Shown here piece after piece: positions 61,563-64,000 of a stretch of DNA of 64,000 nt. Both the position numbers and the translations under genes were made by a program. Each line of letters opens with the position of its first letter. The first letter of the stretch is position 1. Origin of the DNA: Nitrosopumilaceae archaeon (GTDB lineage Archaea; Thermoproteota; Nitrososphaeria; Nitrososphaerales; Nitrosopumilaceae). The notes below the pieces were generated by a model, which saw nothing but the letters and a program-made list of their open reading frames with translations, was not told the DNA's origin and did not search any database. The stretch covers positions 2,816,001-2,880,000 of the forward strand of contig CBDCCK010000002.1 in NCBI GenBank assembly GCA_965214835.1. Direction: 5' to 3'.

Positions 61563-62979
61563 CAGTAGTTCCTCGATGTACTTTTGCAGGCACGATAATT
61601 ACGCAATTTGCCGAGATTTTTTGACCATCATACTATAGATCAGGCGGTGTGCCAACCATCATCATGATACCAACACAAAACGACGTGTTTGCACACCAGT
61701 TTGACATAACATCGAGACAGTTTAAAACATTGCGACGGCGGTTTCCCAAGCTCGGGCTGGCCGTCTCAAAGAGTCGCAACGCAGTGTATGACCACATCGA
61801 CGCACTGCGCGTTCTATATTTCATGTCTGAGAGGAGGATGTTTGCAGAATCTGCCGTGACGCACCTTCGCAGGCGGGCCTCAAAATGCAGCAGGCAGCAG
61901 CATGACGACGGGGCTGCCTCCAAGGGCGGCGCGTATAGTTGCCGTACGCCTAGTCCGGACTGGATCCTAAAGGCGATCCGGGGCGTCAGCCTGGATGATG
62001 CGCAAAAGTGGTGCAGCTCCATGCTGCAGCATACGGTAAGGTGCGCCCGCAGGTCAGGCATGCTGCACAACACGGACGTCGTGGCAGTGGACGTTACCGA
62101 CGTGGAATACTATGGCAAGGGCCTGGAGGATATCGCCAGAAAGTCAAAGCCCAAGAACGGCACGTCGACGTTTCTCTCGCACATTACCATGCACGGAATA
62201 GGATCAGATGACGGGTCTGACCTCGTGCTTTCCTCGCTGCAGCTTCCAAAAGAGGCAAAACTGGCCGATTTCGTGCCTAAAATGATCCGCAAGGCGTCCA
62301 GATCAGGGATGAGGATCAAGACGTTCCTGTATGACCGCGGGTTCTTTAACGTGGACTGCATGAGGGCTGCAGAAACAAGCACGGGCAGCTACATCATGCC
62401 TGCCGTCAAGAACAGGAGGATAGTGGCGGCAATAGAGGAGCATGACCGCGGAGAACGCGGTGCGGTATCAAAATATACAATGACCAACAAGGACGGCAAG
62501 AGCGCCACATTCAGGCTAGTCATTGTGGAAAAGGACGAGGTAGAAAAGGACGGCACGGCAGCAGCAAAGAAGGACAAGGCAGAAGAGACCATAGCCGACA
62601 GGTACCAGGGTCTTTGCCACCAACATGTCTGCTAAAAGTGCAGAGGCAGTCATTGAGCAGATACCGGAGGAGTACCGCAGTCGGTGGGGAATCGAGACCG
62701 GGTTCAGGGTGATCAAGGGAATAATGGGCAAGACGTGCAGCAATTCCCCGGTCGTCAGGCTGCTGCTGTTCTATATGTCTGTCATACTGTACAACCTGTG
62801 GAGGACTGCCGTGTTCATAGACGTGGAGTCCAAGTGGGACGGATTTGCAGGAGGGAAGGGGTTTACCATGATGCTGTTTGTCGCGTGCATTGTCGATGCG
62901 GCCGACTCGTTTGTAAACGATCGCGGAAAGTAGCGGAGGTGCCGTGTCGGGTCTGCAAAAGTACATCTAGGAAGTACTG
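61563..62979 (+). mobile_element. ISH3-family element copy 2 with both TIRs intact and the same internal frameshift as copy 1
   Basis: CAGTAGTTCCTCGATGTACTTTTGCAG / CTGCAAAAGTACATCTAGGAAGTACTG; ORFs 61649-62635 and 62625-62933. Confidence 0.9.
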
Positions 62980-62985
62980 ATGTGC

Positions 62986-63068
62986 AGTTTGTGCCAAAGT
63001 CCAGTCTCCAGACCGATCAAATAGACTCGTGCCTGAAATCAGGAGTTGCTTCGAGTCCGAGCTGCTGC
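62986..63068. mobile_element. Partial MITE B, reverse orientation
   Basis: CTCGTGCCTGAAATCAGGAG...CCGAGCTGCTGC; similar to 39330-39415. Confidence 0.65.
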
Positions 63069-63288
63069 CTTTCTCTGCCTTTATATCGAGACGATTTTTC
63101 CTCCAGTCTTTTCTTCGTATTTTTTGATTGGTGCAGCCTAAAACAATCCAAGTACGCCTGATCTTAGGCGGAACCAATTTTCGTACAATACACTGTATCG
63201 CTTCTATGGAGGGCGCCATGATGAAGGCTCCCGTGAAATGGCTGCAACGCAGCTAAATTTAAGGGTAGATGGCTAGCTTTAGTAGTAG

Positions 63289-63810
63289 TTGGAATCATTT
63301 GACTTGGTCATTCCATGGATAGGCGAGGTTTTAGGGGAGCACCTATACGAGGGGATCTTCCTGGCGGCCCTGCTTGAGACGGTCATTCCCCCGGTTCCCA
63401 CACTGGCAGTCTTTCCAACCGCCGGACTGATAGCGTCTCAGAACGGACTGTCAGTCTTCGAGGTCATCCCCATGATATTCCTAGGCGCGCTGGGTGCGAC
63501 CATCGGAACCACGGGGATCTACCTGATTGCGCTAAAGCTTGGCAGGAGCGTACTGCTGCGTTACCTGCGCCTTTTGAAAATTTCCGAGAAGAGGCTGGAA
63601 CGTGCAGAAGGATGGTTTGAAAGGCACGGGGACAAGGCAGTATTCATCGGACGGGTGGTGCCGGTAATGAGGGAGATGGTTTCGGTTCCCGCTGGACTCC
63701 TGGGCATGAAGACCCCAAAGTTTGTCCTGTATACATTCGGGGGATCAACGGTCTGGTCGGCAGGAACCATCCTGGCAGGGTACTATTTTGGCGCAGCATG
63801 GAATGCGTAG
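63289..63810 (+). CDS. dedA: DedA/SNARE-associated membrane protein
   Basis: 'LETVIPPVP', 'AEGWFERHG..AVFIGRVVP..R..VSVPAG...M'. Confidence 0.9.
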   Translation: MESFDLVIPWIGEVLGEHLYEGIFLAALLETVIPPVPTLAVFPTAGLIASQNGLSVFEVIPMIFLGALGATIGTTGIYLIALKLGRSVLLRYLRLLKISEKRLERAEGWFERHGDKAVFIGRVVPVMREMVSVPAGLLGMKTPKFVLYTFGGSTVWSAGTILAGYYFGAAWNA

Positions 63811-64000
63811 CAGTGCTTGTGGATACGCGTATGGGGCAGGCTCAAACCAAAGACATGTGCGGACGGTCAGATCAGGGGCTTTGTAAAGGACAGCGAGTTT
63901 TGCTCGAATCCAAGACGGAGGTAAAACCTGTGGGATCCTTTCCGCTGGTTTCCAGACTCCAGTCTGATCCTGTGGCACCCGTGCTCGACACCCAGAGAAA

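Overview
Archaeal chromosome segment, most likely from a Nitrosopumilaceae (thaumarchaeal) genome. The basis is the mce/methylmalonyl-CoA mutase/meaB genes of the 3HP/4HB cycle, TFB, and Cenarchaeum-like giant surface proteins; a host-associated lifestyle is inference only. Islands of core genes (mce, mutase subunits, meaB, M1 aminopeptidase, metG, nadM, ilvC, ahcY, tfb, cysS, nadE, dedA) sit among two giant repeat-rich surface proteins and a dense, nested load of IS elements (single-ORF IS66 types, IS5/ISL2-like, IS481, IS630, IS1595, ISH3, IS110/IS1111) plus at least five MITE families. Highlights: (1) An IS1111-type element sits exactly inside the right terminal repeat of an ISH3 element, and its 3' non-coding end contains a readable bridge/seek-RNA whose two target guides (ATCAGTA, GGAAGTA) spell that terminal repeat; an empty copy of the target lies about 6 kb away. 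(2) A two-gene candidate defence system pairs a MORC/GHKL ATPase fused to an AbiEi-like C-terminal domain with an AbiEii-like nucleotidyltransferase, preceded by two TGCGAA-N11-TTCGCA palindromes, one straddling the TATA box. (3) A ScaI-family R-M pair lies in the same island, and its presumed site AGTACT is the centre of the bridge-RNA target. All family assignments come from manual motif reading, not database searches.
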